Shown: one piece after another, positions 37,175 to 50,446 of the stretch
How positions within the stretch are numbered: the stretch's first letter is position 1
Layout of the letters: the number at the start of each line of letters is the position of its first letter
Source: Azolla caroliniana
Taxonomy: Eukaryota > Plantae > Polypodiophyta
NCBI GenBank assembly: GCA_043228905.1
Contig: JBHGNT010000007.1
Span: 20,894,001 to 20,958,000 of the forward strand
Direction: 5' to 3'
DNA: 64,000 bases
Position numbers and translations under genes: made by a program
Notes under the pieces: generated by a model
Seen by the model: only the letters and a program-made list of their open reading frames with translations
The model's database searches: none
What the model was told of the DNA's origin: nothing

Positions 37175-37412
37175 AGACAGTTGAAATATAGAGAATAATA
37201 AGATTAAGACACATGAAGAGGAATTTGTGGCAACTAGTTGTTGCATGTTTGAATCATAATTTTACATTTTGTTTAATTTAACGGTATCAAAACATTATGA
37301 GAAAGTTGTTGCAAGGCACAGCTCGAATAAGAAAGATTCAAAGTTGGCAAATTGGGAAAGAGTTCCAAGAATTGTATTCTATTTTCTTTCTTTATTATGT
37401 ACTAGGTAAGGA
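36462..37412 (+). pseudogene. Orphan gene copy 2, probably pseudogenised
   Basis: The exon-1 donor is altered (ATGATTAAG vs ATGGGTAAG). Exon 2 (36590-36718) is open (KQTVKIHVKPEEPDHDHYTLNITPINSP). The exon 3 body is deleted after TAG/GTAAGGAG at ~37405. Confidence 0.55.
36770..36940. mobile_element. tRNA-derived SINE-like remnants inserted in intron 2 of copy 2
   Basis: B-box GGGTTCGAAACCC on + near 36814 and GGGTTCAACCCC on - near 36897; the segment is absent from copy 1. Confidence 0.4.
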
Positions 37413-38985
37413 GGGTCATCATAAATACTAGATGGTATGGTATTCATGACTTTCCCACACTTCATCATTCTTGTTAACTTCAATTAAATTAATTTCTATT
37501 TAAAAGTATCCACAAAACCCATCACATATTGAATACCTTTCATGTCTAGCCACTATATCTAATAATTTCTCATCATGGGAGGCCATTGAATAATGATATC
37601 GGAACCGATCAGAAGTGCTCCAAGACAATTCATCCAATTTAGACTCACGAAACTCATCAGGGCAATTCATCCAATTTAGAACTAGTTGGTGTAAACTCAT
37701 TGGGTCTACACTAAATTCAGTTAATTTGACCAAATTGAGTGAATTTAGGTTGGCCTAATTCATTAGTGTGATCCAATTCATCATGTCCACATTCATTAAT
37801 TGAGTTGCCTTTCTCTTCTTCTATCTCCAACATCTCCTTGAGATTCTGGCTCCTTCTCATCCATGGATTTGGATTGGTTATTGGACCCTGAGCTATCTCC
37901 AGTCCTAATCCACAATTAGTCACATTTAACCCTTCAAATCCTTGGTTAATAAGATTTGGATTAGTATTAGTAGGGTTTCTACTAAGAAAAGTTTGATTGT
38001 TAGTATAATGAGTGGAATCAAAGATTGGGCAAGCATAATGAATGAATGCAATAAATGGGGTAATCCATACAATTAGGGTTTCAGTTAGTATGAAATAGGG
38101 ATTGGATTAGCAATCAATACAATCAGGGTTTTGGTTAGTATTGTACATTAGGAATTTGATCCTTACAATTAACCTAATTTTTAGAGTTTTTATTACTATG
38201 CTCATTGGAACTAGGGCTCATTATTGTAAATGTAAACTAGATGAGTCTAGGATATATGATGATAAGTTCATTTTTATGGAATTAAGGTTTTTGATTCCAA
38301 GTATGCTTCGTTAAATGGAATTAGGATCTGATTTTAGAATAATAATGGATGGATTAGGAGGAAACACAGAGTGATTATGCGATGTTTAGGGGTTTTATTT
38401 TATCAAGGGTTTGTCAGATCATTACTGCAGACAGAGTGAGAATCATCTCCTCTTGAGATTAAGGGTTAATCAGATCCTTTACTAGATCGAAAAATTGTCT
38501 GCACTTAATAATATGAAAATCCTTCGCCATTGTGATCAGCAGCTGTAATCAAGAATATGCTTCGAGTGATTACGGGTCGGAATTGTCATTAACAGAAGGG
38601 GCTAGGTACTGAGCTGTGATTGGTACTGATTATCGATCCTAGACATAATTGACAGAGATATTATAGTAGATAAGATTAAGAGAAGATTTGACGTGATAGA
38701 GACGAATTTGACGTAATGAAGAGCAGACTGGATGTAATTACCAGTAGATTAGAAGCAATTAGGAGAAAGCCCGAATAGGATTAAGAGCAATTAGACGCAA
38801 TTAGGAGCAAAACCGAATATGATTCAAAGCAATTAGGCTGAATCGATCGAATCCAAACAAACGGATTTCTTTCACCTGGGAATTTCTTTTTCTGTAGAAT
38901 TATAGGAGCGAATAAATGCGCCTTTATTTTGATCGGAACGGCGAAGAGAGATCTGAAGAAGAAAGAAAGAAAGAAAGAAAGAAAA

Positions 38986-39032
<47 letters not shown>

Positions 39033-39529
39033 AGCAGCGCGAGAAAAATAAAATAAAATAGTATTAAATAATCGGCGAGGAATTAAAGCAAATTGAAGGG
39101 TAGACATTAAAAGTAACATCGTTTTTGTTTTCTTATCAAATAACTAATCTTACCGTTTTTGGAATTCAAGGTCTTGCCGTTTTCGGACATGTTGCTGTTT
39201 TTGGAAACAATTACCCTTTCTGGAAATATCGCCCCTTTTTATTCATGCATGTGTGGTGTCCTTTTTGGAATACTGAAAATAAAAATGAAAGTCAAAAAAG
39301 AAGAGGGAATTACTAATATATTATCCGAATCTGTCTTTTTTAAACAGGACCACTCAATTATAAACAAGGAAACTCGCATATTAGATTGATGGAGTAAAAC
39401 ACTAATCGAAAAGTTCTAAATATTATGACTTAAGATTTGGAATGGGATATAGATGTAAAAATATGAGGGCGCCAAAGTAATTATATGCACACTTCCATTC
39501 AAAGTTTTTACCGAAAGTAATTATATGCA

Positions 39530-42030
39530 AACTTCCATTGAAAGTTTTTACCAAACCATTAACACTGTGGATGATATGGACTAGCTCTTTTATGTGAAAT
39601 TTCGAAATGATTGATCAAAATTTTAACAAAGTTTCATCTAAATTCCATCTCTTTACTTCTTGCACTATGTGTATCTCATGCTTTAGGCCAATGAGAAACA
39701 TATTCTGTTGCTGACATAATATATATTTTGCCACTATTAGAGGTAGGTAATGGCCCAATGATATCTAAACCCCACTTAGAAAATATCTTGTAGCTAACAA
39801 TCCTTTGTGGAGGTTCAAGCATCAATCTGCTTTGTTAATATGATTGATACTCATGACATGACCTACACCAATAAACCATGTTATGGCCATGTTACTTGTG
39901 CTTGCACGATCTTCCTTTTTGTATATTCTACCCCAAGATGACCGTGACATCATTCCTCATGACATGTAGACAAGCATTCTTGAATTTCATCATGTCACAC
40001 TATGCATTTTAAGTATTACATCTATATCTTTCTAATGAAGATCATCTTGTATTATACATACCTTTGTGCTTGACGTGTCACTGCAATTTTTCTATGATAT
40101 GGGAGCTCTTTTCTTGCCCTTCCTATCCTTAAAACATACTCTTCTTCTTCTAGGCTCTCATGACCTTTACAACATTTACAACATGCACATCCACTTCCCA
40201 TGCTATTATCTTACTTGCTAGCTTGTGAGATCTCACATTCTGACTTCTTGGATTATGCCAAAATTGACACTGTCATTGTAGCAGTTGTTGAAGACGGGGA
40301 TGAAGGCTATTCTTTTGTACTTTTCACATTCCTTGCACTTGTCACATGATCAACAATAAATCCCCATTCACCACCATGTTTTGAACTCCTTTTTGTAAGC
40401 ACACTCGTAAAGAATCAATTAAATTAAGATACTCAGCCTCATTGAGAGTCATACGTACCATACGTGCATTCACATTCGAGAATGTTTCAATCATTTGGTA
40501 AACACCCTCGAACTACGGTAAATGTCATACTTTTGCATTCATTATTTATTATAAGGCAAAAGAAAATTTTAAGGTACAAAGTGTAAAAAAAAACATAAGA
40601 ATGTTTTGATAACATACACATTCGTATGAAAAAGAATGTTTGCCAATGCATTCGAGTATATTACGTGCTATGATTGAGACTATTTGCTTCAATATGACCA
40701 TTTCCACTCCATAATTCATGACATTCTCTATCCATAAAAACATATGCAACTCCTGCTAACTTTGTTTTTGGTTTAAAGGAGCCATAAAAATATAACACCC
40801 CTTCTATATCCTTTAGCATTATCTCAAATTCATTATTTGGATTAACTTCAGCATCTATCTGTTTCTCATTTTTTGTGGGCAAAGGCTCTTTATATGTAAT
40901 CACGTCTACCATCTTAGGCCTAGTGGTTTCCTCCGTATGAAAACATACTTCAAAGCCTATCTCCCATAAATCTTAACATACGAGGGAGTAAGGTACATGA
41001 AGTTAATACTATCATAGTTCTCCCTAATAAATATGACTTCCATCATTGAATGGAAAAAAACCAAGGCCCATACAAGTTTTTCTTCTTTAGTCCAAACCTT
41101 TTCTACGATTGACATCTTCTGACGAATATAATATATCAGCATCATATATGCTTGTTTGACATCTTATTTCACTTAATATATCGCACTTACAATGTCAACA
41201 CCAACACTCAAACTAGCATAGAATGGTTGATCCCAATTAGGTGGTGCATCAAAATAGTTGGAGTACTTTAAAATTTACCTTGCACTTCCTCAAAGGCATG
41301 TTACTGTGTTTTTCCCCGCATAAATGGATTCGTCATTGAAGCCCTCTGTAGTGGTTGAATGTACGCTGCTAACATTTGAAATGAATGGGAGAGATATCAT
41401 ACCTTTCGTATAAAGCTCATTAGTTGTTCTGTGGAAGTTGGAGCATCCATCAATAGTAGAGTTCAAACTCTATCTTTTTCTTCTTCCTAACTATCATCTG
41501 GAAGATGAAGTAATTGTCTTGTTATCATATCACATTTCACTCTTTCATGATGAGCTCTATCAACAGTAATTATAATTCCCTACGATGCCGGTCTTGCCTT
41601 ACTCTCATACCCCTTAACCATGGTCTTCCAAGTATAAATGGATAGACATTTGATCTTGCAGACATGATGTTAAAATCCACCTAGACTTGTTGCCTTAATA
41701 CATACAATTCTACTTGTTCTGCTACACCCACACATCACACTATTGCATTATTTGCTAGATTCATAGGATAAGAATGCTTTCTATTAATATTTAGTCGCAA
41801 TCTTCTTGCCGTATCCTTTGTTATGACACATACTAGTGCAATGTCATCTACATATGCTAGAGACACTACTTTCCCTTGACGCCAAACTTCTAGGAATCGC
41901 AACAATTCCTTCTCATTATTATAACTTATTCGAGGGATCTCTTGAGCACATAGTTTACCTAGATTAGTGGTTGTCCTACTTTTCTTGGAAACAGTGAGAG
42001 GTTACTTTAAAGCCTCACTCCTAATTACAA
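39530..42030 (-). pseudogene. pol: Fossil Ty3/gypsy pol with a second (archaeal-type) RNase H, Tat-like
   Basis: In order on the minus strand: APPNWDQPF (~41230), EKLVWALVF (~41070), LYFYGSF...AGVAYV (~40780), NNEC (~40540), GPLPTSNSGKIYI (~39740), SPYHPQ..NG (~39570); many stops and frameshifts. Confidence 0.6.
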
Positions 42031-42356
42031 TTATGGCCTAAACCATTATGCCAACTACATAAAGCCCACACTTCCACACACATTGTGTCATTATTTTGAA
42101 ACAAAAAACGACAACATAATGATAATCAAGCAAGAACCATCCATTGTATGATAATGCAACGATGCAAGTTTTGTCACAATTAGTGTGCATTGTCATACAA
42201 TGGATGGTTATTGTCAAAAAGTGATTAATACCACATATCATGTAGTAGTGATGATGACCCTTCATCCTAGAAGCTGCAGGTAGCTAGAATACAAAGATTT
42301 AGATAGCATTTAGAAAATTCTAAGAAATCTATTCTATTTTCTTCTTTATTTTGTAG

Positions 42357-42685
42357 GTAAGGAGACTGTGAACGTGCAGATTGGACTTTCCAATGGCGAT
42401 GATGTTACCTTCTACTACATTGCAAATGACAACCCCACCGATGATAAGGATGAGGATGATGATGAGTCTCCAAGTCAACGAATAGACATGGCCGATGATA
42501 ACGACGACGAGGCGAATGATCAAGAGTTGGGCAGTGTCAACAATACCACTATGACTATCGAAAACTTGAAAATGAAAGAAACAGGTATACAATTGTTAAA
42601 ATTAATGTGGGGAGAATTTGTGGCTGCATTGTGTCATATAGGAAGATCAAGGCTGAGGACAATGAAGGGTCATCATGAATACTAG
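42357..42685 (+). CDS. Orphan gene copy 3: exon 3 homologue, acidic
   Basis: TGTAG acceptor then KETVNVQIGLSNGDDVTF...NDNPTDD...SPSQR...NTTMTIENL.MKETG; upstream exons not found. Confidence 0.45.
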
Positions 42686-43910
42686 ATGGTATGGTATTCA
42701 TGATTGAATGAGGAGTGGTGAGGAGAGTATAGGGGTCACCACATTGTAAAATAAAACACCACCACTTGATTACAAGCAAGGAAAATAGTATAGATGGATG
42801 AAGGAGTAGAACTAATTGAAAAGCTCTAAAAATTATGACGTAAGAATTTGAAAGGGATATAGATGTAAGAATGTGATGGGGCAAAGGGTAATCATATGCA
42901 AGAAAATATATGAATAAGAAGAATGAGTTAACTGTCCATGGAACAAACAATGCAAGAGGAAGAGTTGAAGAACAAATGAATTCTTTGTGGTATAAATATG
43001 CTAGATAAAATTTAAGACAAACAAGAACTCTTTGCCATAAGATAAGCAAGAAGTCTTTTTGAATGGTCCTGTTTAATTTCGAGATATGCTCGAATGGAGG
43101 AACGGTGCAGAAAACATTTAGCACAATTATGGTTTCAAATATTGTCTCATGGAATGCACTAAAAAGAGGCTATAGAGACTATGGATATGCTGAGGAGGGG
43201 TTGTATTAGTTTTGAACAGATGCAACACAATATATGTGTATAGTTTCCTTTAATTTTAATACCAATGGAGGATATTTTTTATGGGAAAAAAAAGAAAACT
43301 AGAATATGGAATGAAGATTCCAAGGGGACAACCATAGAGAGATTGTAACACCAGTTGACCTATGAATTATTACAAAACTGAGATTTCTTCTTTAGCAGCA
43401 GCCAATCTTCTAAGGATTATATCTACCTCATTAGAGTTTTGATTTGAGTCAAATAAAGTTCTATAGATTTGTCTTGCTGAGAAGAAATGAAAGACTCCCC
43501 AGTTAGCTACGAAATCTATTAGAGATATGATCTAAAGTAAGCATATGATAAGGATAAAAGATAGATAGATAGAAAGGAGAGAGAGAAAGAAGGGTCCCGA
43601 TCCACCTGACCACCCCCGAGCGAAGGGATTGAGACGGACTCGAGCCTCGATCGGCGTCCCATACCACCGCCGTGGCGTTGAGTCGTACCTGGTGCTGGCG
43701 CGCTCGCTACAAGAGTTGACCCACGACGAAATCGAGTCTCGACGTAGTCAAGATATGATGAAATGAGGGTAGCTAGGCCTCTTATTTATAGCTATACCCA
43801 ATGTCCCCAGGCAAGTTCACACTTGGCCTAATGGGTTGCCTCAATCTCGAGGATTAAAAATAATCCTCCCCTTCTTTACACTCTCGTTTAACCCTCACAC
43901 TTATCCATGT

Positions 43911-46900
43911 TGTTGTGCCTGCTAGATCGTTGCGTGAGTTGGGTGGGAACCATTGGGGTTTTGGACTAGGAGGAGGAAGAATTTGAGAGGAGTCTAGTTA
44001 TGAATAGATTATTAGAAAGAGAGATAGAAACTTGTGAATCCCACAAGTATAGTTGTTTTAGTTTATCGTAATCGTAGTAATAAATTGAAATAGTTTAGAA
44101 TAGATTAGAGTAGATTGAGAAAAGAAATCAAAACTTGTGAATCCCACAAGTATTATATTTATGTAAGAATATGAATGTAGATTGAAAGAGAGAGATAGAA
44201 ACCTCGTGAATCCCACGAATATAATTTATTAATTGGTGTTTCTAGAAATATATCCAATTTCCAAAGTTTTCACACATTTATTACATTGTGCTCCCATCCT
44301 TATATAGTGATGAGAGAGTCTTGACAATCCATGCTTTTTCTCTAATTATGCCCTCCATGCTTTTTCTATCAATAGACTATATGCTTTCTCTAACATGCTT
44401 TTACTAAAGTCATGCGTTTTTTATCGACTATAGTGTTTATAGACGCTAGATGTGCATGTGTAGCTTTTTCTTTTATCATGCGTTTTGCTAAAGTTTATCA
44501 TAGCTGTGAACTTACCTTTCTATGTGGGACATCTCTTTTTTAATAGTAATCATATATTAGTGTAATGGTAAGGTTTCACATTATTAACATGGAGGTACGA
44601 GGTTCGAATCTTGCCCTATGAATGTAATATATATTTTGATATTTCTTTCTTTTTCTTCATATTTATTCAATCGGTTATTTTAAACGTTTTTCATGTAGTG
44701 TACGAAATACACTACAACACTTGCCCCCTCCGAACCCGCACATCCTCCGGTATGTACCGAAATTGTCAAAGCTTGTTATTCTCCATCCGTAATATCCTCC
44801 GTTTGTCCCGCTATGTCGAGTTTGTCTCTCCATTTTGAGCACATCCACCAGTTTTAGTCTGCGTTAGCTTTCTTTTCCTCGTGTTCACTGGATTCCACCA
44901 GTTAAACCTCCGACTGAGTCAGATTAACCTCTTTCTGGATTGGTCTCGTTCGATCGGCTTCCGGTTGGAACGATTTCTGTCCGGGTCGGGCTCGACAGAT
45001 CGAATTTCGACCGAATCCATTTCCTCTTGGTTCAACTTTCGTTTAGAACGGAATTTTTGATGGATCATCTTCCATCCGAACCGACTTCCGACTTTACCTT
45101 CCTTGCCGCCATCTCCTGTCTCTCTTGTCTCACGTCGGTTCTCGGATACAACCACCGAGGTCTCTGGAATTAGTGAGCCAGAATCCTCGGTATTACTGTC
45201 CTCCGTCGTTTCACCCATAGTCACCTTCTCGACTATCTCTCCATCGTATGCATCGGCTTCGACCTTCGTTTTCTCTCCGCCACCTTCCGTCTCTTCGGTC
45301 TCACGTTGCCTTTCGAACGCAACCGCTGAAATGTCTAGAATTATTGTTGGGAAAGTCTCGTCTCAGCCATCCGCCATTGACTTATTCATAGCCACCTCCG
45401 ACTCGATGTCATCTTTCGTGGGTACCTCCTCAATCACGTCCGCCTCGCACTCTTTATCTCCCTTGATCATGCAAGCATCGATTATGCTTACCCCTTTTTC
45501 ACTCGATGTTTCAGACACTTGTGTCCCAAAACCTTCTTCCACCCTTGAAGTAGCATTCGCCACTCTCAAGTCATCAACCTTATCCTTGGTCGTTGTTCTT
45601 TTGCAAGAAGAGAGGATAGCTTGTTCCACACGCTCTCCCATAGTACCATCATATTGTATTTCGGCCTTCATATCGGCCACATCATTCATTCTCAATTGAT
45701 CATCCCTCATGGACCATGTTGATGCCAACGAGATTCTCATCTTCCTCTTATCATGTCTTTGGCATACTCTTTCGACTTCGGCCCAATCCTCGGTGAGACC
45801 ATTTGCAGTGTAATCGTCTTCAAGTTGGATCCCGATGTCCATCCTTTCTTTCCGATCGATCGATCTTACGAACATTAGGACTTTATCCTCCCCCACCAAT
45901 CTTTGTTCCCGTTCTGAGAGTCGAGCAAAACGATGCTCGAACTCTAGGAATGCTTCTCGATAAAACCCATTCGTCGAACTAGCGTCGATCTCGTCCCTTC
46001 GATCTCTCGTAGTCATAAAGATTCTTCAAAGGAACCCCATGTCGGGTTTTGTTGCTGTATCTTGCAGATTTTTTTCTTGTAACTCATCCGTGGCTACCCG
46101 ATTGAAGGATATCACTTGCAATGCTTCTGGTATCCCACATTTCATCATCTCCGCCTTGTAGTCACGTAGATAGCGTGACACATCTTTTTCATTGAATTGT
46201 CTGTTTCGTTGTACGAGCCACTTTTCTATCGTTGTGATCTCCGACATCGCTCGTTGTTCTTATAGCATCCGCTTGAACATTATCATCATCGTGTTCATCG
46301 CCTCTTGTTGATTCTCCATATCCTTGCCACCTGTCTTCATGTCGAGTTCACCAAGTGTGTTGTGCCTTTCGACGCCGGATCGTTGCGTGAGTCGGGTGGG
46401 AACCACTAGGGTTTTGGACTAGGAGGAGGAAGAATTTGAGACGAGTCTAGTTATGAATAGATTATTAGAAAGAGAGATAGAAACTTGTGAATCCTACAAG
46501 TATAGTTGTTTTAGTTTATTGTAATCGTAGTAATAAATTGAAATAGTTTAGAATAGATTAGAGTAAATTGAGAAAAGAGATCAAAACTTGTGAATCCCAC
46601 AAGTATTATATTAATCAATATTTATGTAAGAATATGAATGTAGATTGAAAGAAAGAGATATAGAAACCTCGTGAATCCCATGAATATAATTTATTAATTG
46701 GTGTTTTTAGAAATATATCCAATTTCCAAAGTTTTCACACATTACATTGTGCTCCCCATCCTTATATAGTGATGAGAGAGTCTTGACAATCCATGCTTTT
46801 TCTCTAATTATGCCCTCCATGCTTCTTCTATCAATAGACTATATGCTTTCTCTAACATGCTTTTTCTAAAGTCATGCGTTTTTTATCGACTATAGTGTTC

Positions 46901-47180
46901 ATGCACGCTAGATGTGCATGTGTAGCTTTTTCTTTTATCATGCGTTTTCCTAAAGTTTATCCTAGCATGAACTTAGCTTTCTATGTGGGACATCTACTTT
47001 TTGAAAGTAATTATATGTTGGTGTAATGGTAAGGCTTCATATTATTAACATGGAGGTACAAGGTTCAAATCTTGCCCTATCCATGTAATATATATTATGA
47101 TATTTCTTTCTTTTTCTTCATATTTATTCAATCTGTTATTTTATACGTTTTTCACGTAGTGTACGAAATACATTACGACA
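43911..47180 (-). mobile_element. E4: gag-only Trp-primed LTR element (E3 family), inserted in the chromovirus 3' LTR; TSD ACGT
   Basis: LTRs 46358-47180 and 43911-44719; PBS 46336-46353; disrupted gag (46026-46247, 45363-46016). Flanks are ATGT and ACGT, and the empty site ATCCACGTGTATAG is in the sister LTR at ~63171-63184. Confidence 0.92.
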
Positions 47181-47228
47181 ACGTGTATAGAATACTATGC
47201 TAAATTCTCACCACGGGATATTATATGG

Positions 47229-47819
47229 TCATGCTTGTAACATACTCCCCATCTTTAAAACATTGCATTCTTGTAATGGAAAGTTAGGGAAGCTAGTTTT
47301 GAGAGTATTTTTGCGTTGCCATGTGGCATCTTTTATTGATTTATCCATCCGTTTTATTTTAAATTTTCGAATTTCTTTAGTACATAATTTTTTTGTTTTA
47401 ACATCGAGAATTCTTTCTGGTACATGTGGTTTAGAAGATAATTCTTCAGAAGTAACCAGAGTTTCAGTTATAACTGTATTGTTGCCAGAACCTAGAAGTT
47501 CTTTTAGACGACTCACATGAAAAACTAGATGAATTTCAACACCATCAGGAAGAACGAGACGATAGGTTGATGACCCAATGCGTTTGAGGACTGTAAAAGG
47601 TCCACAAAACCGTGGGGCTAACTTAGCGCACTTACCCTTAAACAATGTCTTAGAATTGTGAGGCACACGTAAAAATACCTTTTGTCCATGGTTGAATACA
47701 CGAGGTTGCCTATGATGATCGGCATAAAAACGCGCTCTATCTTGAGCTGTTTTTATAATATCTCGTGCAATATGCAATATATCTTGCATATCCCGAAGAA
47801 AGTTTTGCGTACTTTGCAA
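47229..47819 (-). pseudogene. pol: Integrase C-terminus (GPY/F) and chromodomain
   Basis: KLAPRFCGPF, HLVFHVSRLK, PERILD...DATW. Confidence 0.85.
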
Positions 47820-48011
47820 CTCATCATGATGTATATTAACATCAATCGGGGCTCATGGCTGAAAAACATACATCAACATAAAAGGACTATATCCCATCAA
47901 TGTATGCTTGGAGCTATTATAAGAAAACTCCAAAATTGGGAGATAACGTTCCCATTTTGTTGGTTTTGTACCAACGTATGCTCGAAGCATGTCCTCAATA
48001 ATTTGATTTAC

Positions 48012-48440
48012 TCATTCTATTTGTCTATCGGATTGAGGATGATCTGTGGAGCTCATGCTCAATTTAGTTTCTAATTTCTTAAAGACTTGCATCCAGAAGT
48101 TATTAGTAAACTTTGGATCTCGATCACTCACGATATCCATCGGTAACCCATAAAAACGAAATAACTCATCAACGAATTGGTAAGCCAATTCAGAAGTTGT
48201 TACCGGGGTTTTAGTAGCAATCAATCTGGCCATTTTAGTTAGTCTATCAACCACAACCCATATGGCATCATGGCCTTTTTGGGTGCGAGGAAGGCTAACA
48301 ATAAAATCGATTGATATACTTTCCCACTTATTGTTGGGAATGTCCAAGGGATGTAAAAGTCCTACGGCTTTAAGTCGCTCGGCTTTGTTATCCTGACATT
48401 GGTGACATTTAGTCACATAGCTATGTATGTCAGGATGCAT
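48012..48440 (-). pseudogene. pol: Gypsy integrase core
   Basis: CHQCQ, WESISIDFI, VVVDRLTK, IVSDRDPKF, HPQSD. Confidence 0.88.
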
Positions 48441-48907
48441 CTTAGGCCAATAGAATTGAGTGGAGATGAGAACGAGTGTACGATGTATTCCAGGGTGCCC
48501 TGTAGAGGGTGCATCATGGCATTAAAAAAGAATTCTCATTTTGACCTCATGCAAATCTGGAACACAAACCTTCCCATTACGGTAGACCAGACCATTAGCA
48601 ATGTGGAAGTATTCCTTCGAGGATGTGGTGGTGTCTGTTCCAGACTAAACTCTTGCCCAATATTTTGCAAAATAACTGTCATCAGGATATTTTCCTCGAA
48701 GGTGATCATAAAGTTCTGATGTTATTTCAGTGAAGCTAAGCATGTTAACTTCACGGATGTGACTTCGTATGTCAACGATAGTGTTCATGGAACCTTTATG
48801 ATATCATATGGAAAAATCAAAGTCCTGGATGAGATCAACCCATTGTGCCTTATGACCTTTCAGGTCTTGTTGGTCACAAAAATATTTCAAGGACTCGTGG
48901 TCCGTAG

Positions 48908-49428
48908 TGTTAGGAAACAGGTCCCTCCGGATGGGAAGTAAAAAGAACAAAGATGATGAGCAAACTCGGCCGAGGCCGAAACCGGATGACGAGTACTCGG
49001 CAACGGAAGACCCGGTGAGAACCAGATGACGAGTACCCGGCAAGAGACGGATGGTGAAGACCCGGTGCGAACTGGATGTGGAGTACCCGGCAACGGAAGA
49101 CCCTGTGAGAACCGGATGACATGTGCCCGGCAAGCGCCGGATGATGTAGGCCCGGTGAGGAGTACTCATCGGATGAAGGGACATATTCGTAAATATGTTT
49201 CTGAGAGTCCATCGGGGCTATATTTGTAAATAGCCGAAAAGTCATATTAGTATAAATATGACTTAGGGAAAACTTAGTATTGTTGTTGTCCCTAGTTTGG
49301 GTTTTCCACGTTAACATCTTGTGTACTCTTCTCTTCACTGTGTCGTGCGTTCATTACCTGTTTTCTGTGTTTTATCCTAGGCTCGGTTGTGGCCGAGCGT
49401 TGTTCATCGGGAGCGTGTGTTCCTGTCA
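48908..49428 (+). mobile_element. Copia solo LTR with internal ~40-bp tandem repeats
   Basis: TG...CA; perfect 5-bp TSD CGTAG. First ~30 bp match the 12728-17829 copia LTR terminus. CGGATGACGAGTACCCGGCAA-type units occur about 5 times. Confidence 0.9.
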
Positions 49429-50379
49429 CGTAGTTACCAAAAAATGATTTCTATAAAGATAATGGCGCCATGTTTTGAGCGCATGTATAACTGCAAATAA
49501 TTCCTTTTCTGGAACAGTATACCGACATTGAGAAGAATCAAGTTTCTTACTCTCGAATTCTATTGGTTTACCATCTTGATATAAGGTAGCGCCTATAGCA
49601 TAATCACTTGCATCGGTTTCAACCTCAAAAGGTTTTGAAGGATCGGGTAAAAGAAGTGAAGGAGCCTTGCACACCAGGTCCTTGAGTTCCTTAAAGGCGA
49701 GGTCTAGTGTAGCATTCTAGACAATAGGTTTTGTAGACTTATGTGTTTGACCTTTTAGAAGATCAGTAAACGGCGTTGTCAATTGGGAGTAATTACGAAG
49801 GGATTTTCACAAAAACCCGACAAAACCAAGGAATGATCGAACTTCTCGAATATTTCGAAGAGTGGGCCAAAGCTTGATTTTCTCGATGCGAGAAGGATCA
49901 ATTTCAACTCCTCGTTCGGTTATGAGATGTCCAACATAAGTAATTGATTTCTTGAAGAACTCACATTTTGAGATCTTCGCATAAAACTGTTTGTCACGCA
50001 ATGTTTGTAAAACAAAGCGGACATGTTTAGCATGTTCTAGTAATGTCCAACTATAAACTAAAATATCATCCAAGAAAATAACGACAAATTTTCCAAGTTC
50101 TCGGAAAATGTCATTCATTTCTTGTTGAAATGTAGCCGCAGCATTGGTCAAACCAAAAGGCATCACCAAAAACTCATAATGGCCATAGCGTGTACGAAAT
50201 GCCGTTTTAGGAACATCGTCCTCACTTATACGAATTTGATGGTAGCCAGTACAGAGATCAAATTTTCTAAAATACCAAGCTCCTTGAAGACGATCAATTA
50301 AATCATTAGCCCGAGGCAATGGATACGAATTCTTGATCGTCACAGTCACATTATTCAAGCGTCGGTAATTAATACACAT
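49426..50379 (-). pseudogene. pol: Gypsy reverse transcriptase and RNase H
   Basis: [45 protein letters not shown]; ETDASDYAIGA, EKELFAVIHALKTWRHYL. Confidence 0.92.
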
Positions 50380-50446
50380 TCACCATGTGGCCTCTTTCTT
50401 TTTAACCAAGAGAATGGGTGCACCCCATGGAGATTTACTATAATGT

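Larger units (their letters stand above)
31950..39490. repeat. Tandem segmental duplication (~31950-36330 vs ~36400-39490)
   Basis: 34520-36200 aligns with 37640-39255; 32090-32530 with 36570-37410; 33075-33250 with 37445-37620. Both copies include a gypsy RT fragment (VARHERYSICDGFCGYF) on the minus strand. Confidence 0.9.
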
